63,004 nucleotides of DNA from a virus (lineage: Duplodnaviria > Caudoviricetes): positions 1 to 63,004 of IMG/VR virus record IMGVR_UViG_3300024265_000049; one strand, 5' to 3'. The notes under the pieces were generated by a model. It did not search any database. It was not told where the DNA came from and saw nothing but the letters and a program-made list of their open reading frames with translations. Every line of letters begins with the position of its first letter. The stretch's first letter is position 1. This document shows, one piece after another, positions 37,235 through 47,763 of this stretch. Position numbers and translations under genes: made by a program.

Positions 37235-39336
37235 ATCATCACCTGCTCTTCTTCCTCGGCTTTGCTCGGCGCAAACAATAATGGGCCTCCAGGACCGGGA
37301 CGCTCCGTTAGCCGCAGCTCTATCTTTGCCCCGTAAAAATAGCTCATTGACTTGACACCATCGACAACCTCGACCGCTTTAGCCGCCGGAACCCCTACGT
37401 CTCCGCGACCCCTGAAGAGCTTCTCCAACACTTGCACGGCTTGACGAAGCGAACCGACGCCGGTATTAGTCTTGCCCGTCGCGGCTTGGTCAGCTGTCAC
37501 GTCAACAGTGCCGAGCCAGCGGAAAGAGCCCGCACGACGCACAGCCTCTATCTCCTCCTTGGACAATTCGTCGACCTGCTGAGGCGAGAGCTCGAACATG
37601 TCGCCGGTTATTTGGTATATCAGGGACGCCGCGTTCGCCGCGTTCGTTACCTTGGCTTGACTTATTATTGCCAACCTGACTCCGGGGCGATTGTCTTCCG
37701 CCGGCATTACGGTCAAAACGCTCCTAGCTGACCCACTCCATACCACGGACCCAAATACGGCATCCAGGGCTGAATCCTTACCTCCTTTCGAACTCCATCC
37801 GACAAGAACAACAGCGGAACCATATGGAATCCCCAGGTCGCAAATCGGTTCAAGTATCGGAGCGACCACGTCCTGGTCATTCATCGAACCGGCGCCAGGT
37901 GGCCAAAACCTAGAGATTGGGTCGAAAAAAATCATCGACGGGCGGACCGCTTCGACGACTTTGCGCAAGTGCTCCAGGTCGGCAAACGTCACCCGGTTTT
38001 CGCGCGTATTGTAGACCACTAGTTTCGACAAGTCTCCGCCGCACACCATAAGGCGTGGCGCTAGCGTATCCTCTAACTCGTCTTCGCCAGAAAACACCAG
38101 AACCCGGCCACTCCCTAAATCACTACGCTCAGCATCGCAATTCTCCAGCACTTTGCCCCGCGTAATAGCTGCTGACAGAGCCATCAAAAAAAACGACTTA
38201 CCGAGACCGGCCTTGCCACATACCAAGGTCAACTTGCCGGCAGGCAGCAACGGATGCATGAGATATTTGATCGGCTTCATCTTGACCTTATCGCCCCATT
38301 GGAGCAGCCTCTTAATTTCGCCAGCCGTGGGCATTGGGATCGTGTTAAGCGATACCCCCGCCTTTGCCGCCTCGTTGAACGCCGGCAGAAATCCCTCAGC
38401 ACCCCTAGCCCTAAGCATAGCCGCCGGGTCCTTCTCTGGCAGCTCTATCACCCTGACAGGCACGGTCCGGCCAAGGGTCGGCAAGTGCTTTGCGAAATGC
38501 TGGCAGAACTTCAGCCCACTATCACCCTTCGCAGGATCAGAATTGCCAGGCTCGCGAATCAGATACAGCCGCTCGAACCCTTGAACATGCTCAGCCCTCA
38601 GTACCGTCTCCACAGCTCCCGTCCCGGGTATTCCTACGACCGGCAAGTCCTGGGACCTCAAGGCGGCAAAATCGGTTTCCCCCTCCACAAAAATCAGAGA
38701 TGGTCTCGGCCTGGCCCGGTACTCGTCTAACAGCCACTCGCCATAGAGCTGCAAGGATACGCCGCACCTCTCGGAAACATACTTCGGGGCACCTTCAAGG
38801 GATGCTCTGATTTTGGCAAACGTCTCCATCGCCGGCCAGTCGCACCCCTCGAGCTCTATAGCCCCTTTTTCCCCTTTCTCCGCTTGCCGATAATACGGCA
38901 CCCGGCAGCCCTCGACCATGTACGTAGTGCCGTCCTTCTTCTCGCACTTATAGAATCCTTCGGTCCAGCCAAGGGCCCGCAAGTGATCTGTCGCCACTCC
39001 TGACTTTGCCGCGATCTGCTCCAGAGTCGGTTTGTCGAACCCCGTTTTCTCACCCACTGAATCTCCTTTCTGGCGTCGGCCGCCTGAGTATCTGCCACTC
39101 GGTATCCTTGCTGCCTCGAAGAATGCCCCCTCAGGCAGCCGTAGAGCCGCTGTGATCGATTTAAAGTCGCACCCTCTTGCCCAACACCTGACCAGCACCT
39201 TGTCGCCCCTCAGGTCCACTGAGAGACTTCTATCGTCTCCCCTGTGGACTGGGCAACGGGCCTTGTGCTGCTGCCCACTGCCCTTGGGGTCACACCCAGA
39301 CCCTTTGAGGGCTTCTATGACGTCGCGATAGGACAT
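37228..39336 (-). CDS. primase-helicase (Zn-binding domain, TOPRIM, RepA/AAA_25-type helicase)
   Basis: CPVH..D..SLSV...CWARGC; IFVEGETD; GKAGLGKS; FSGED; FFDP. Confidence 0.9.
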   Translation of the reverse strand: MSYRDVIEALKGSGCDPKGSGQQHKARCPVHRGDDRSLSVDLRGDKVLVRCWARGCDFKSITAALRLPEGAFFEAARIPSGRYSGGRRQKGDSVGEKTGFDKPTLEQIAAKSGVATDHLRALGWTEGFYKCEKKDGTTYMVEGCRVPYYRQAEKGEKGAIELEGCDWPAMETFAKIRASLEGAPKYVSERCGVSLQLYGEWLLDEYRARPRPSLIFVEGETDFAALRSQDLPVVGIPGTGAVETVLRAEHVQGFERLYLIREPGNSDPAKGDSGLKFCQHFAKHLPTLGRTVPVRVIELPEKDPAAMLRARGAEGFLPAFNEAAKAGVSLNTIPMPTAGEIKRLLQWGDKVKMKPIKYLMHPLLPAGKLTLVCGKAGLGKSFFLMALSAAITRGKVLENCDAERSDLGSGRVLVFSGEDELEDTLAPRLMVCGGDLSKLVVYNTRENRVTFADLEHLRKVVEAVRPSMIFFDPISRFWPPGAGSMNDQDVVAPILEPICDLGIPYGSAVVLVGWSSKGGKDSALDAVFGSVVWSGSARSVLTVMPAEDNRPGVRLAIISQAKVTNAANAASLIYQITGDMFELSPQQVDELSKEEIEAVRRAGSFRWLGTVDVTADQAATGKTNTGVGSLRQAVQVLEKLFRGRGDVGVPAAKAVEVVDGVKSMSYFYGAKIELRLTERPGPGGPLLFAPSKAEEEEQVMMW
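39153..39224. repeat. 72-bp direct repeat, copy A (inside the primase Zn domain)
   Basis: 71/72 identical to 39689..39760. Confidence 0.9.
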
Positions 39337-39626
39337 CGCAGTCGGGACAAGATCAGAAGCTCACCAAGCCTCGTGCGGTATGTCCTGGCGGGCCAAGAAT
39401 AATACAAAACAGCAACACCGCTAGGCCAAGGAAATATCTTGCTTCGGCCGAAGAGCTGATCAAACAACCGACAAAGCCATCCGCCCATTCTGCGACCGAC
39501 CAAGCGCTCCCTGTCTTCCACACTCAAAGCCGTAAGATCAACAGTCAAGTTCACCACGATACCCCCTTTCAGTCTCCGAAATGCCCCTGGCTGACCAGGT
39601 AGCAAATCCACGAAATTGCCGCTATG

Positions 39627-39785
39627 TCAATCCACGGAGCAAGATTGGTCGTCAAGTTGTTGAACTTGTCTCTCACAAATTTCCCCCTTGATCGATTTAA
39701 AGTCGCGCCCTCTTGCCCAACACCTGACCAGCACCTTGTCGCCCCTCAGGTCCACTGAGATTTCAAACGGCAGGACCTGCGCCAT
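39627..39785 (-). CDS. 52-aa ORF containing an in-frame copy of a primase Zn-domain fragment
   Basis: Hand translation MAQVLPFEISVDLRGDKVLVRCWARGRDFKSIKGEICERQ...; ATG directly follows the upstream stop. Confidence 0.45.
   Translation of the reverse strand: MAQVLPFEISVDLRGDKVLVRCWARGRDFKSIKGEICERQVQQLDDQSCSVD
39689..39760. repeat. 72-bp direct repeat, copy B
   Basis: 71/72 identical to 39153..39224. Confidence 0.9.
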
Positions 39786-40310
39786 TCACTTCGCATGCCC
39801 GTCCAGATCGGCCTGATTGAGTAACAGCTTAATTGCAGACTGGACAGCACCCTTGTCTTCGGCGAGCGTCTTGCAAGCGATCTTGGCCATCTCCCAGGCA
39901 AGAGACGCGTCCTCTTCCCTGGCCTTGAGCTCCGCAATGACCATTTCGGCCTTGAGCTTCCGGGGAGCTGCCGGACCGCCATCTGGCTGAGCTCTGATTG
40001 CTGCTGCATATGCCCTGATTCTAGCAGCTTTGTAGCGCCGGTAGCGATCGCAACAACCGGCAGCGAAAGATAACGCATCCTCAGAACTAAGTAAGCACTG
40101 CCTCAGCTGATAACGCAAGCCTTCGACGGACCCAAGATCGACATTTGACCCGCCAAAGTCTTCGCCAAACCTCCGTCGCGGAGCCCATTCTCCAATCGGC
40201 TCCCAACTGCCGTCAAGGGCAACCGACCCCTTTACCACTTCGCCAGTAGAAGGGTCGACCCACTCCTTGACGGGCTCAAACGACAAACTAACTTCAGGCT
40301 TGGCCGGCAT
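39786..40310 (-). CDS. hypothetical helical protein
   Basis: ORF in the replication operon. Confidence 0.45.
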   Translation of the reverse strand: MPAKPEVSLSFEPVKEWVDPSTGEVVKGSVALDGSWEPIGEWAPRRRFGEDFGGSNVDLGSVEGLRYQLRQCLLSSEDALSFAAGCCDRYRRYKAARIRAYAAAIRAQPDGGPAAPRKLKAEMVIAELKAREEDASLAWEMAKIACKTLAEDKGAVQSAIKLLLNQADLDGHAK

Positions 40311-40514
40311 CGGCCTTTGCCCCGGGCACGTATTCAGCGCCCACAATAAACGCATCGGCCGTGCCCCATGGATCACCAGTCTTAGCCCGCAACCGATCAC
40401 CGAGTTCCGCAGGACACTCAAGGTCAACAGTTTCGAAACGGGTAGTATCTTGCCAGGTCTCCTCGCTTGTTTGGCGAGTGCCGGGAACCTTGAGTATCAG
40501 TCGAATTCGCGCCA

Positions 40515-41213
40515 TCACGACCCCTTCCTGTGCTTCGCCATGAATCTCTTGTTCCCTACCCCCAACTTCGCCACCGGCCCCGCTTTGAGCTTGTCAATAG
40601 ACGACCGGTCGTAGTGGTTCCACCACTCTTCAGGACCGAGAATCTTCTTCGCCTTGCCGGCCAGAAAGGCGTTCTTCGACATGGTTGATTCTACTATGTC
40701 CCGGAACACCTCTCGAACCCGCTCAGCCGCCTCGGGATTATTTAACACCGCTTCCAGTACCACTCCGTAAGCTCTCACGTCCCACAGAGCAAGACCCAGC
40801 GCCGAAACGTCCTTAACCAAAGGATCTCCTGGCGACCGGTCGGGCCAAAAGTACTTCTCCGGACCCGCGTCAAGCTCCCGGACCCCGCCCTCGTTTTTGG
40901 CAAACCACTCGAGTACCGATCCGGCCAGCACTTTACGCGCATGGCCAGCGGCTCTGCCGATCTCCTCGACCAGAAGAGCAGCCTGAGTGGCCTGCTCCGA
41001 CGTGGCAGTGACCGGATCAAGCTCCTCAGCCAGCTGGTCAAAACGATCTCGAAGCGCAACCAAAGCCCCGGCCGCACTCTTGCGCGCGGCCGGGAAGTCG
41101 TTGGAAGCAGACCTCCTTGAGATGTCCCCCGGAGCCTCCCATTGTTCGCCGAATTTCGGAATCGGCATAGCGGCACCAACAAACGTACCCGGAAATCTTT
41201 CATCGTCCTGCAT
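40515..41213 (-). CDS. hypothetical protein
   Basis: AGGGG RBS before MQDDE. Confidence 0.5.
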   Translation of the reverse strand: MQDDERFPGTFVGAAMPIPKFGEQWEAPGDISRRSASNDFPAARKSAAGALVALRDRFDQLAEELDPVTATSEQATQAALLVEEIGRAAGHARKVLAGSVLEWFAKNEGGVRELDAGPEKYFWPDRSPGDPLVKDVSALGLALWDVRAYGVVLEAVLNNPEAAERVREVFRDIVESTMSKNAFLAGKAKKILGPEEWWNHYDRSSIDKLKAGPVAKLGVGNKRFMAKHRKGS

Positions 41214-41244
41214 AGTTTCCCCTTTCTCGTTCCTAAACAGCAAG

Positions 41245-42024
41245 TCAAAAAGGAATCGAATCGTCATCTTCCGGCTCGTCGGGAAATTGCCCGACACTTG
41301 ACGGCTGCTGACTACTAGAACCCTGCTGCTGTTCGTCTGACTTCTTACGGTCGTTGTACTTGACGTAAGACTCTGGCACCCCATAAGACCTCGCCTTATC
41401 GTCGGCCGGCCTTAGCCCTGGTAGCCACGCGGCCTGCATCGCAAGATGCTCCTTGTATTCTTTCGACCCGGGGAGTGCCTTGTTCTCAGGCGCATAGGGG
41501 GGCGCCAACTCAGCATACGTCTTGCCAGATTTCTTCAACGAATGAACAACCCTGAGCAGACAGGATGCGCCAATCGGAATTCCCGGCTTTTTCTTGAATT
41601 GCTTCTTGAGCTTCTTTTCCTTCAAGCTCGGATTCCAATCTTCCGGCCCTGTTCCCAGTTCACGACCCAAGATGAAACCAGCAGACCGCTCAGGAGTCAC
41701 CACCTTGCCAAGCCAAGTGGCCATCAACTTCTCATAGGTGCTCTGCCATTTCGGGTCTTCATTGTGCGAGAAATTAAAGTTGTTTATCCACCACTTCACC
41801 TCCATCGGCTCTCCCTCACGCTCCTCGGCTTCGGAACCAAGTAGACACTCAGGAAGAACGAAAATAGCCAACGCCGTAGGCTTCGGCTTGTCACCAGGCT
41901 TGAACGGCGTACTCATTCCCATATCTAGCGCCTCCGCCAGAACCGCCCTGTGGACCCCTTCTGGCGGCCGGAACGCCGATCCGTCTCCGTCTGACCCCGT
42001 ATTCGCCGTCGATTTAGCTGGCAT
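41245..42024 (-). CDS. phage single-stranded DNA-binding protein-like
   Basis: F.PP.EG.H.A....A.DMG N-terminus; acidic C-terminus EDDDSIPF. Confidence 0.7.
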   Translation of the reverse strand: MPAKSTANTGSDGDGSAFRPPEGVHRAVLAEALDMGMSTPFKPGDKPKPTALAIFVLPECLLGSEAEEREGEPMEVKWWINNFNFSHNEDPKWQSTYEKLMATWLGKVVTPERSAGFILGRELGTGPEDWNPSLKEKKLKKQFKKKPGIPIGASCLLRVVHSLKKSGKTYAELAPPYAPENKALPGSKEYKEHLAMQAAWLPGLRPADDKARSYGVPESYVKYNDRKKSDEQQQGSSSQQPSSVGQFPDEPEDDDSIPF

Positions 42025-42054
42025 CTTTTTTCCCCTTCTGGTTGATTTCTAATC

Positions 42055-42348
42055 TCAGGATTCCGTCCCATCGCCGTCAGCTACCTGGCGATTTTCGCCC
42101 TCTTCGTCTCGCCCCTTATGCGAGAAAACCCGCACACCGCACGGTTCCGCTGTCTTGCCCTCTCGCCTTGGTCTCAGCCTGCCGTCAGGGCCCAGGCGCT
42201 CCCCTTTGTCAGCCCACTGGTCTACCGCTTCCGCCAGGCATTCCTGCAATGGCCTCAACTGTTTCGCGGCATACTCGCGTAGTTTCGTGTACTGCTTCCA
42301 CGGAAGCGTTAGACCCCCTTGTACCTTCTTCTCTTTGACCGCCGCCAT
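42055..42348 (-). CDS. ribbon-helix-helix-like regulator
   Basis: LTLP.KQY.KLREYA....RPLQECLAEAVD; first gene after a promoter. Confidence 0.5.
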   Translation of the reverse strand: MAAVKEKKVQGGLTLPWKQYTKLREYAAKQLRPLQECLAEAVDQWADKGERLGPDGRLRPRREGKTAEPCGVRVFSHKGRDEEGENRQVADGDGTES

Positions 42349-42398
42349 TTTCTGCCGCCCCTTTCCTCGGATTTGCCCTTGCGCCAACTCCTAGGACC

Positions 42399-42427
42399 AT
42401 AGTAGTATCACGGTACTAGGAAGTCAA
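42399..42427 (-). promoter_or_regulatory. sigma70-type promoter of the replication operon
   Basis: GGGG-TTGACT-N17-TACTAT. Confidence 0.65.
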
Positions 42428-42672
42428 CCCCTTCCTGGGAAAACCTCAAACCGGCCACAGGCGCCCGTCCCGACGTCAAACGGCCATCACGCACAGGGGC
42501 AAGGAGAGATCAGCATGAAGTCATTCTCTGAGATCAAGCAGGAAATCGAACGCCGCCGAGACGAAGCCTGGATACGGTCCCTAAACACCAAGAAGACGCG
42601 TTTGGTACAGAGGCTCGCTCTGGCTCGACACGACGAAATGACCCGACTTCTTGAGTGGCTGGGAAACGCATA

Positions 42673-44850
42673 ATGGAGTCCAAGGGTTCTGGAAGGGCAA
42701 AGACAGCGATAGAGTGGGGGCGACAATTCCAGGTTCAGGAAGCCACCGTTGGGCGCCCGGAAATCGGTCCCGGCCTCATCGAGTGGATCGCCCAGGCTCC
42801 GGGAGTTGGCAAAGTCACTGCAAAGGGCATCGTCAAACACTTCGGCGACATGGAAATCGAAGAACTTCTCGAGACGATCAAAGACCCTGCCCGTCTCGAA
42901 GAAATTGACGGTATCGGACCCGCAAAGGCCAAAGCCGTAGCCAGGGGATCCAGGAAACGAAGCGAGCGGGACCAGCTGACTATGGACTTGCGAGACAAAC
43001 ACGTCCCGCTGGCAGCCGTGGCGAGGGTTTTGAGGAAGTTCGGAGACGATGCCTCCGAAGTAGTCCGGCGATACCCCTACGGCCTACTTGACGTCAGGGG
43101 CATAGGATTCGCGACAGCGGACAAGATCGCCCTGGCTTCCGGCTTTGTGTCGTACGGTTCATTTCAACGGATACAGGCCGGGGTTGTCGAAACACTGAAC
43201 CAAGCAGCTGGCAGGGGCCACGCCTATCTGCCAATCAAAATCCTACTCAATGGCGACAAGGACAGGGGACTCAAAGGAGCAACCAGACTCCTGAAGCTCA
43301 AAGAGGCGACCATTGGCGGCTATCTGCGGAAAATCGTGAACTCCGGGAAGATCCACATCGACGGAAACAGTGTTTATCTAGACAAGAACAATCGTGAAGA
43401 ATCGGTGGTCTCGATACGGCTATCTGCCCTTTCGAAGGTTAAGGTCGCCACAATTGAAGCCGGCGCACTTCCGGGCCAGCTGATGACAATCACATCAAAC
43501 GAGACCGCCGTCACTCTCAGTCACGACCAGAACTACGCAGTGACCACCTCTTGCCACCAGCCGGTCATAGTGGTCACTGGAGGCCCAGGGGTCGGCAAAA
43601 CGGCCATAACTCAGGCAATCGTTAAAACATGGCATCGAGCCGGACTGAACATCGAACTGTGTGCACCCACGGGCAAAGCTGCAAAGCAGCTCGAAAAAGC
43701 CACCGGCTGCGAAGCAAAAACAATTCACCGGCTCCTCGAATATGGGCCGCAGGGCTTTGCCCGTTCCCGACAATTCCGCCTATCCTGCCAGGCCCTTGTC
43801 GTTGACGAGTCCAGCATGCTTACCACTAGCATGGCAGCGCGATTGCTGGATGCTATTCCTCTTGGTTGTAGGATAGTGATCGTTGGCGACCAGGATCAAC
43901 TTCCAAGCATCGGATACGGAGCGGTACTTCGAGACATCATAAAATCCGAGAAAATACCAGTAATTCGACTAAATAAAGTCTTCAGGCAATCCGCCGGGTC
44001 GCGGATCGTGACAAACGCGCACCGATTTATCAACGGGAAACCACTCGAGTACCCTGGTCACGGAGAAAATTCCGATTTCTGGATCCACAGAAAAAACACC
44101 TCTGCCGGGATTCTCGAAGCTCTCGACGGTTTCCTAACTCGCCATATCCCTGAAAGGTTTGGCCTTGACCCACTCAAGGACGTCATGGTCCTGACCCCGC
44201 TAAATGGTACCGAGCTCGGAACCGTTGCTTTGAACTTACGTCTCCAAAGCCTGCTAAATCCAGATGGCCAGAAGGTGGGAAACTGGCCTATCCGAGTAGG
44301 AGACAGAGTTATGCAGGTGAGAAACAACTACGCCCTCAAAACTTTCAATGGCGACGTCGGGGCAGTCTTGTCATGGGATCAGCGGAAGAAGGAGGCGTGG
44401 CTACAGTTCGAAAACAGGGACATCCTTTACACAAAAGAGCACCTGGAAGGGCTCCTCCCTGCCTACGCGTGCACAGTCCACAAGGCACAAGGAGGCGGGT
44501 TTCCAGCCGTAATAATGATCGTTCACGATGAACACAAATGGCACCTGAAGAGAAGCCTAGTCTATACCGGAATGACCAGGGCCGAAAAACTACTTGTCCT
44601 CATAGGGCAGTCGGCAACACTGACCTATGCCAGTGGCAATCTGAGAGACGCAAACCGTTTCACCGGCCTCGCCGAAAAATTACTTCACCCGCCATCGGAA
44701 CTTCCGGAACTCAACAGAGCCGAAATGATCAAATCTAAGCTATACACTTGCGACGCCTGCCAGCGCTCTTTCGCAAGCGACAGCCCGCAAATCTTCGAAT
44801 GCCCCGAGTGCGGAGAATCCGACCAAATCAGAGAACTTGGGAACGAGTAG
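42673..44850 (+). CDS. recD2: RecD2-family (SF1B) helicase with C-terminal Zn ribbon
   Basis: HhH repeats (GIGF.TADKIA), GGPGVGKT, APTGKAA, TIHRLL, DESSM, GDQDQLPSIG, FRQ, TVHKAQG and YTGMTRA. Confidence 0.9.
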   Translation: MESKGSGRAKTAIEWGRQFQVQEATVGRPEIGPGLIEWIAQAPGVGKVTAKGIVKHFGDMEIEELLETIKDPARLEEIDGIGPAKAKAVARGSRKRSERDQLTMDLRDKHVPLAAVARVLRKFGDDASEVVRRYPYGLLDVRGIGFATADKIALASGFVSYGSFQRIQAGVVETLNQAAGRGHAYLPIKILLNGDKDRGLKGATRLLKLKEATIGGYLRKIVNSGKIHIDGNSVYLDKNNREESVVSIRLSALSKVKVATIEAGALPGQLMTITSNETAVTLSHDQNYAVTTSCHQPVIVVTGGPGVGKTAITQAIVKTWHRAGLNIELCAPTGKAAKQLEKATGCEAKTIHRLLEYGPQGFARSRQFRLSCQALVVDESSMLTTSMAARLLDAIPLGCRIVIVGDQDQLPSIGYGAVLRDIIKSEKIPVIRLNKVFRQSAGSRIVTNAHRFINGKPLEYPGHGENSDFWIHRKNTSAGILEALDGFLTRHIPERFGLDPLKDVMVLTPLNGTELGTVALNLRLQSLLNPDGQKVGNWPIRVGDRVMQVRNNYALKTFNGDVGAVLSWDQRKKEAWLQFENRDILYTKEHLEGLLPAYACTVHKAQGGGFPAVIMIVHDEHKWHLKRSLVYTGMTRAEKLLVLIGQSATLTYASGNLRDANRFTGLAEKLLHPPSELPELNRAEMIKSKLYTCDACQRSFASDSPQIFECPECGESDQIRELGNE

Positions 44851-44975
44851 TTCAGGTGCCTCGATGGTCCAATCATCGTACCTTGCTCCCAGGGTGTAAT
44901 CACCGGCCCTGGCTGCTTGAGTCGTCGCATGGTCCCCGGTACGGCCACGAAACGGCAAATTCGCGAGGCCGAATC

Positions 44976-45386
44976 ATGGTGACTTTGGGCAAATCACATC
45001 GTTACTCCAACGCCAGCGGCCGGCAGTATCGTAGTCGCCTGGTCATGTCCTACGGCCTGGAGCGGACCTTAGTAGGCGGTCACGTAACGGCACAACATTA
45101 CGCCGAACACGTCGACCACATAAACGGCCTCGTAGACGATGACCGATCGGAAAATCTACGGCTCCTAGGAGCAAGTATTCACGGCCAAAACCACGCCCTT
45201 GCCACAATCGACACCAAATGGCGAGACTTCGAAGGCCGTTTCATCGAACACGATCCCGACGAGTACGCTATTAACCGCTTCGGTCCTATCGTCAGCTTTC
45301 GTGACATCCCAGACATGGGCGGCCCGCGAACTCGCACCCTTGCCGAAGCCTCCAGAAGACCCCTGGACGCAAAAAATCTCCGGTAG
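44976..45386 (+). CDS. HNH homing-endonuclease-like protein
   Basis: EHVDHING..DDDRSENL......H...H. Confidence 0.7.
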   Translation: MVTLGKSHRYSNASGRQYRSRLVMSYGLERTLVGGHVTAQHYAEHVDHINGLVDDDRSENLRLLGASIHGQNHALATIDTKWRDFEGRFIEHDPDEYAINRFGPIVSFRDIPDMGGPRTRTLAEASRRPLDAKNLR

Positions 45387-45433
45387 ACTACGCACAACAG
45401 CCTACCGGAGATTCTGCCGGCCCACGAGACCAA

Positions 45434-45973
45434 CTACAGGCCGCAAGAGGGCAGCTCAAGCTGTCTCCCGTCTAACCCTGGTAAGGGCGGAGGCACAACA
45501 AAGTGCCACTTGGGGTTCTTTTGCCCTCTCGCCTGAGGTCTTCCCAGGCACAGAGACCTTGCCCTCTCAGGGGAGACGCGGTCATCTCCCCGCGGCTTCC
45601 GCCTTAGAATTTTATCAATAGCCGACGCCTTCATCCCGTAGCCTCTGGCAAGATCCTTCAACACGTTGCCTGGCCGGCCAGAACTTGCCGGCAGCAAGGG
45701 CAGCGCCTGGATCTCCTTGATAATTGCGGCATTTTTCGGCACAACGCCCCGAGTCTTACGGACACGCGTCTGCCATTTCTGACTCGACGCCAAATGGACC
45801 CGGCTCTTCTCCAGCACCCACAGCCAGTCTTTACTCTGGAGCTCTGCCTCCCTGGATAGCCATAACATCATCGGAAGGATACTGCTCTCAATTTTCCGAT
45901 CGAGAGCGGTATTGTCCTCGATCCATGTCCGAATTGCCTTGACCTGGAACTCGAGCTTCTCGCAAGGCGTCAT
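45434..45973 (-). CDS. hypothetical protein
   Basis: Coupled ORF. Confidence 0.45.
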   Translation of the reverse strand: MTPCEKLEFQVKAIRTWIEDNTALDRKIESSILPMMLWLSREAELQSKDWLWVLEKSRVHLASSQKWQTRVRKTRGVVPKNAAIIKEIQALPLLPASSGRPGNVLKDLARGYGMKASAIDKILRRKPRGDDRVSPERARSLCLGRPQARGQKNPKWHFVVPPPLPGLDGRQLELPSCGL

Positions 45974-46262
45974 CAGCTTGCCGCCTTGGCCAAAACAAAA
46001 CAGCTCAACGACTGGGCCAACCCCCGGACACTGCCCGGCACAACCCAGACTCGCCGCATCAAACCATGGTCAAAAAATAACTGCGAGAAAATACAAATTT
46101 GTTCGAATTCAGGCTCATAGAAAACAGTATGAGAGTCAGAACTCACATACTCAAACTCCGTAGGCGCTAACCGCAAAACCACCGCTGTAGGCGCCTTGCC
46201 CAAATCGGCCCACCCTAGAAGTACTCCCCTCTCGTCTCGAACCTGTCTCCCGGTTGCATACA

Positions 46263-46901
46263 TCAGTTTGCCGCCTTCCCGGCACAGATCGGACCCAAAC
46301 CTCGAGTAATACTCTCCGGATCTGTCAAGCTCCTACCGCACCGCCCACAGGTTCCCTGATGCCAGAACTGCACACCTTCAGGCAGCGACTTGCCGCTTAT
46401 CAAAGAACACCACAGCCACAGGAAGGCACGCGCAGAGACCGCCCCGGAGCCTATCTTCGACTTCTTACCTAGGTAGTAGTGCCACCTTGCCGAACGCGCT
46501 CTATGACCCCCGTACGCCTTCCATAAAGGGAAGGGGGGGGGCAATATAGCAGAAGCGCCGTAAACCCGCTCCGCCCCACGGTCGAAAATAGTGCCGAAGT
46601 AGGTATAGTCCCCCTCGTTGTACGGTCCGGTCAACACTGACACGAACCGCCTTCGGCCTTCCCCGGCTGCCACTGGCCCTCGAGCTGTCTCGACTTGATA
46701 AGTCTGGTGCCGATCGGTCGATGCGTTGTGCAAAGTGAACCTGATTTTCCGGCCTGGGCGCTCAGCCGAAACGATGTAGGCCAGTTGGTCGACAGGGCTC
46801 GTTATCTTGCCGCCTCCGAGCTCTACGATGTCCAGGCCAATGTCCCCGGGCTCGAATGTGGAACCGTGACCAGTTTGCTGCCATGAGTAAGGTAAACCCA
46901 T
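46263..46901 (-). CDS. DUF6011-like protein
   Basis: C-terminal CGRCGRSLTDPESITRGLGPIC. Confidence 0.75.
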   Translation of the reverse strand: MGLPYSWQQTGHGSTFEPGDIGLDIVELGGGKITSPVDQLAYIVSAERPGRKIRFTLHNASTDRHQTYQVETARGPVAAGEGRRRFVSVLTGPYNEGDYTYFGTIFDRGAERVYGASAILPPPFPLWKAYGGHRARSARWHYYLGKKSKIGSGAVSARAFLWLWCSLISGKSLPEGVQFWHQGTCGRCGRSLTDPESITRGLGPICAGKAAN

Positions 46902-46905
46902 GCCT

Positions 46906-47301
46906 TCACATCCTTTCTGGGCCGTCCGGTCCGTGATCAACTCTGGTCAACGGCGGCCCAGGATAGACCGTCGTCATAGTGAATTCCGACGCATTGATAA
47001 CAAGCTGGCTTTGACGAGCTCTCAATTGCAGGCACCAGGTCACCGGCAACCCCAGAAACGACATGCCGACATGCAACTCGGGGACCAGAAGTGTTCCGTC
47101 CGCTTTCCTGCCATCGCGAAGACACTCGAAATCGCGGAGGCAAAGTTCCCAATGGCCATCCCCGAGACTCCCGCCGACAGCCCCGAGCTCCAAAACGGCC
47201 TTTGACTGCACCTCGCGAAGAGAATTCAAGAGCTCAAGATGCACGTCCTTGTCAGCCATCCAGTCCTCTTTGGTGCCCCGTTCGTAGCTCACAAAACTCA
47301 T
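46906..47301 (-). CDS. hypothetical protein
   Basis: GAGGT RBS; coupled. Confidence 0.5.
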   Translation of the reverse strand: MSFVSYERGTKEDWMADKDVHLELLNSLREVQSKAVLELGAVGGSLGDGHWELCLRDFECLRDGRKADGTLLVPELHVGMSFLGLPVTWCLQLRARQSQLVINASEFTMTTVYPGPPLTRVDHGPDGPERM

Positions 47302-47609
47302 GCCACCTCACCTTCTTCCTTAGTCTCGGTCTTGCTGAAGATCTTGTCTACCCGATCAAGAATCAACATGCCACGAGACCGCAAAGCACCGTCCTTCGGC
47401 AACTTGAACAACACAAAGTCAGGCGCTCCTGCTTCTGAAGTGTGGTGCGTGCTGGCCTTCGTCAGTTCACGGAGATCCCGCAATGCCGAGAGGGCAGTGC
47501 GAAGCTCAGATTTGAGCTCTCGAGCTTCCTTGATCGCCTTACGTTCCTGGGCTGCCGCGACCTCAGGCATCGACGGGCCATCTAACACTGTTTCTGAATT
47601 GACACTCAT
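47298..47609 (-). CDS. hypothetical protein
   Basis: Coupled ORF. Confidence 0.5.
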   Translation of the reverse strand: MSVNSETVLDGPSMPEVAAAQERKAIKEARELKSELRTALSALRDLRELTKASTHHTSEAGAPDFVLFKLPKDGALRSRGMLILDRVDKIFSKTETKEEGEVA

Positions 47610-47763
47610 GCCGTTTCCCCTTCCCTACTGCCGGCCACCGTCAGGCGAAATACGACACCCGTGCCCAACGCCTCGGTAATCTGCAATTCCAGGTCTCGAG
47701 CATCAACCTTGCCGAGCGCTTGCTCCAGATCGTCCCTGTCAACCGGATCTACCGTTTCCAGAA

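Noticed and set aside
39153-39760. Diversity-generating retroelement TR/VR pair
   Set aside because: Only one mismatch, and no reverse transcriptase motif is seen in any ORF.
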